Shown: positions 62,077 to 64,000 of the stretch, piece after piece
How the letters are laid out: each line of letters begins with the position of its first letter
Numbering within the stretch: the stretch's first letter is position 1
Position numbers and translations under genes: made by a program
The notes under the pieces: generated by a model
Database searches by the model: none
Told to the model about the DNA's origin: nothing
The model's input: only the letters and a program-made list of their open reading frames with translations
Source: Chlorobiota bacterium
GTDB lineage: Bacteria > Bacteroidota > Ignavibacteria > OLB7
Length of the DNA: 64,000 nt
Direction: 5' to 3'
NCBI GenBank assembly: GCA_016700335.1
Contig: CP065014.1
Coordinates: 1,221,479 to 1,285,478, forward strand

Positions 62077-62985
62077 TTAGGATTTCAATGTCTTCCTATT
62101 AGTTAATAATTTAGTTACAATCCATAATTTAGCGGCAATCCAAATTTTGTGTGAAGTTCTAACAGAAATTCTATTGTTTGTAAAAACATTAAATTCTCTT
62201 AATTCAATTTTTTCTAACAATCTATAATATATAGCATCCATAATTTCTGCAGCAAAAACAGAATTTCTTTCATCTGAATGTAATGCAGCTCGAGCTTTAC
62301 CATAATATTCTCTAGCACGTCTAGCTTGAAACCTCATTAACTCAACAAATTTAACATTATATAATCCTGAAAAAAGATCTTTCTCAGAATAATCATATAA
62401 AGTTAAATCTTCTTTAGGAATATAAATTCTTCCCAACTTAGCATCTATTGCAACATCTCTAATGATATTGGTTAATTGTAGAGCAATACCTAAATTGATA
62501 GCATACTCTTTTGTTTCCTCATATTTATATCCGAAAATTTCTAAACACATTAATCCAACAATTGAAGCAACTCCAAAACAATAATCTTTTAATTCACTGA
62601 AATTTTCATAACGATTTCTTTTTAAATCCATTTCAACACCATCAATCAATATCATAAAATATTGTTTAGGAATTCTAAACCTAACAACAATTTCAATCAG
62701 TGGTTTAAGAACAGGATGTATTGTTGTGCCCAAATAACATTTATCTACTTCTTCTCTAAGCATTCCTAGCAACTTCCTTTTAATAAGCACCTCGTCTAAT
62801 TTAGTAGAAGAACTTAAAACAGGTGCTTCATCAACAATATCGTCAGCATACCGACAAAAATTATGTATTTTGTTTAATGCTAATCTTTCCTCTGATGGCA
62901 TTACTGAAAACGAATACTTAAAGCTAGTATTTTGTTTCGATGGCTCTGGGAAAGTTAGAACGATATCTTGAATGTTAGAAGTCAT
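62077..62985 (-). CDS. squalene/phytoene synthase family protein (HpnD-like presqualene diphosphate synthase candidate)
   Basis: Trans-isoprenyl diphosphate synthase head-to-head family Asp-rich motif RYADDIVDE, with a second Asp-rich region later. Confidence 0.7.
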   Translation of the reverse strand: MTSNIQDIVLTFPEPSKQNTSFKYSFSVMPSEERLALNKIHNFCRYADDIVDEAPVLSSSTKLDEVLIKRKLLGMLREEVDKCYLGTTIHPVLKPLIEIVVRFRIPKQYFMILIDGVEMDLKRNRYENFSELKDYCFGVASIVGLMCLEIFGYKYEETKEYAINLGIALQLTNIIRDVAIDAKLGRIYIPKEDLTLYDYSEKDLFSGLYNVKFVELMRFQARRAREYYGKARAALHSDERNSVFAAEIMDAIYYRLLEKIELREFNVFTNNRISVRTSHKIWIAAKLWIVTKLLTNRKTLKS

Positions 62986-63021
62986 TATTATTTAGCAAAT
63001 ATAAAGATATAATTTTCTTTA

Positions 63022-63891
63022 TTAAGAGTATTTGAGTGACTTAAATAGAATTTTTATTTTGTCTAAAGTTGTAATTTTTGGTCTAAAATTCAAAACATTA
63101 AAATCCATTGATTTAATTTTCAATAATATTTCCATCCCTCCAAAAAATGTTAACAATAATTCGATTCTTAACTGTTTATTTGGAATCATTTCAATTAACT
63201 CAAATCCTTGATTCAACATATTAATTGCATGGTCGGTGTGGTATTCCATAACTTCTCTAAATTTGTTATTAAACTCAAGGCTTTTAAGTTCTTTTAAACT
63301 ATAACCAAAAAAATTAATACTCTCAATTGGTACATTGATTCTATTACGAGGTATATCTTCAGAAACATCTTGCCAAAAATTTGCTAATTGTAATCCTGTA
63401 CATAATTTATCAGATAACTCACATCTTTCATCTGAAGCTAAATCATATAAGTAAAGTATTAACCGTCCTATAGGGTTTGCAGAGTATGCACAATAAACTA
63501 TTAAATCGGTTGTTGCATTAAATCCTTTATTATAAACGTCAAGTTTAAAAGCTCTAAGTAAATCTTGAAAAAGTAATTTAGGGATATTTTTCTCTTTTAT
63601 AGTTTGAAGTAAAGCTACAAAAATTGGATGTTCTGCTTCACCTAAATAAACCTTATCAAGTTTGTCTGACCAGTCATCTAAAAGTATAATTCTTTCTTCT
63701 TCTAACAATCCTGTTTCATCTGCAAAATCATCTGCAAGCCTTGCAAATGCATATATGCTATGAAAATGATGTCTTATTTTTTTAGGTATAATTACTGATC
63801 CTACTGGAAAATTCTCATAATTTGATTTAGCAATTTGACTACAATAACTAAATGCTTCATCGGTGGTGTAAATTTTGTAATCTTTAATCAT
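63022..63891 (-). CDS. squalene/phytoene synthase family protein (HpnC-like hydroxysqualene synthase candidate)
   Basis: Asp-rich motif ARLADDFADE. It is the upstream partner of a tandem squalene-synthase-like pair. Confidence 0.7.
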   Translation of the reverse strand: MIKDYKIYTTDEAFSYCSQIAKSNYENFPVGSVIIPKKIRHHFHSIYAFARLADDFADETGLLEEERIILLDDWSDKLDKVYLGEAEHPIFVALLQTIKEKNIPKLLFQDLLRAFKLDVYNKGFNATTDLIVYCAYSANPIGRLILYLYDLASDERCELSDKLCTGLQLANFWQDVSEDIPRNRINVPIESINFFGYSLKELKSLEFNNKFREVMEYHTDHAINMLNQGFELIEMIPNKQLRIELLLTFFGGMEILLKIKSMDFNVLNFRPKITTLDKIKILFKSLKYS

Positions 63892-64000
63892 AATTGATGT
63901 AAAATACAGATATACTATATTTCTAAAACAATAAAATTAATAATATCTCGTCATACCAACAAGTCAAAATAAATACTGTATATTATTATTAATAAACTAT

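Overview
This is a 64 kb AT-rich chromosomal segment, about 30% G+C judged by eye and not computed. The host is probably a Bacteroidota or related FCB-group bacterium. Three observations support that: a secreted protease with a T9SS-type C-terminal sorting domain, a BshA-like bacillithiol glycosyltransferase, and OmpA/BamD/Mla envelope genes. Most of the window is densely packed housekeeping DNA: acnA, gyrA, holB, ftsY, trpS, mdh, aroC, thiC, rpmE-rpsR and the hrcA-grpE-dnaJ heat-shock cluster. It also carries a paaABCD phenylacetyl-CoA epoxidase operon, a very large thioester-containing alpha-2-macroglobulin, mlaEF and mlaD, and an hpnC/hpnD-like squalene-synthase pair. The exceptional region is 34.2-46.4 kb, a roughly 12 kb minus-strand block that looks more G+C-rich than its surroundings. 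It consists of a type I restriction-modification system whose hsdS is frameshifted, and three genes are nested inside that operon: (1) a 388-aa candidate PD-(D/E)xK nuclease, (2) an overlapping AbiEi/AbiEii toxin-antitoxin pair preceded by two long palindromes, and (3) a small four-helix-bundle protein. Downstream of hsdR sits an IS3-family insertion sequence with a canonical A AAA AAG -1 slippery site. Its transposase orfB is broken by a 22-bp insertion that creates a perfect hairpin. The IS abuts a split and truncated YgjP/DUF45-like metallohydrolase remnant, and a 41-bp inverted copy of the IS left end lies about 600 bp away. Other oddities are a tandem segmental duplication next to mdh that carries a decayed mdh 3' fragment and a 33-bp coding repeat, a PSP1/RicT-like protein with a roughly 270-residue N/Q-rich extension, and two unknown genes inserted between grpE and dnaJ.
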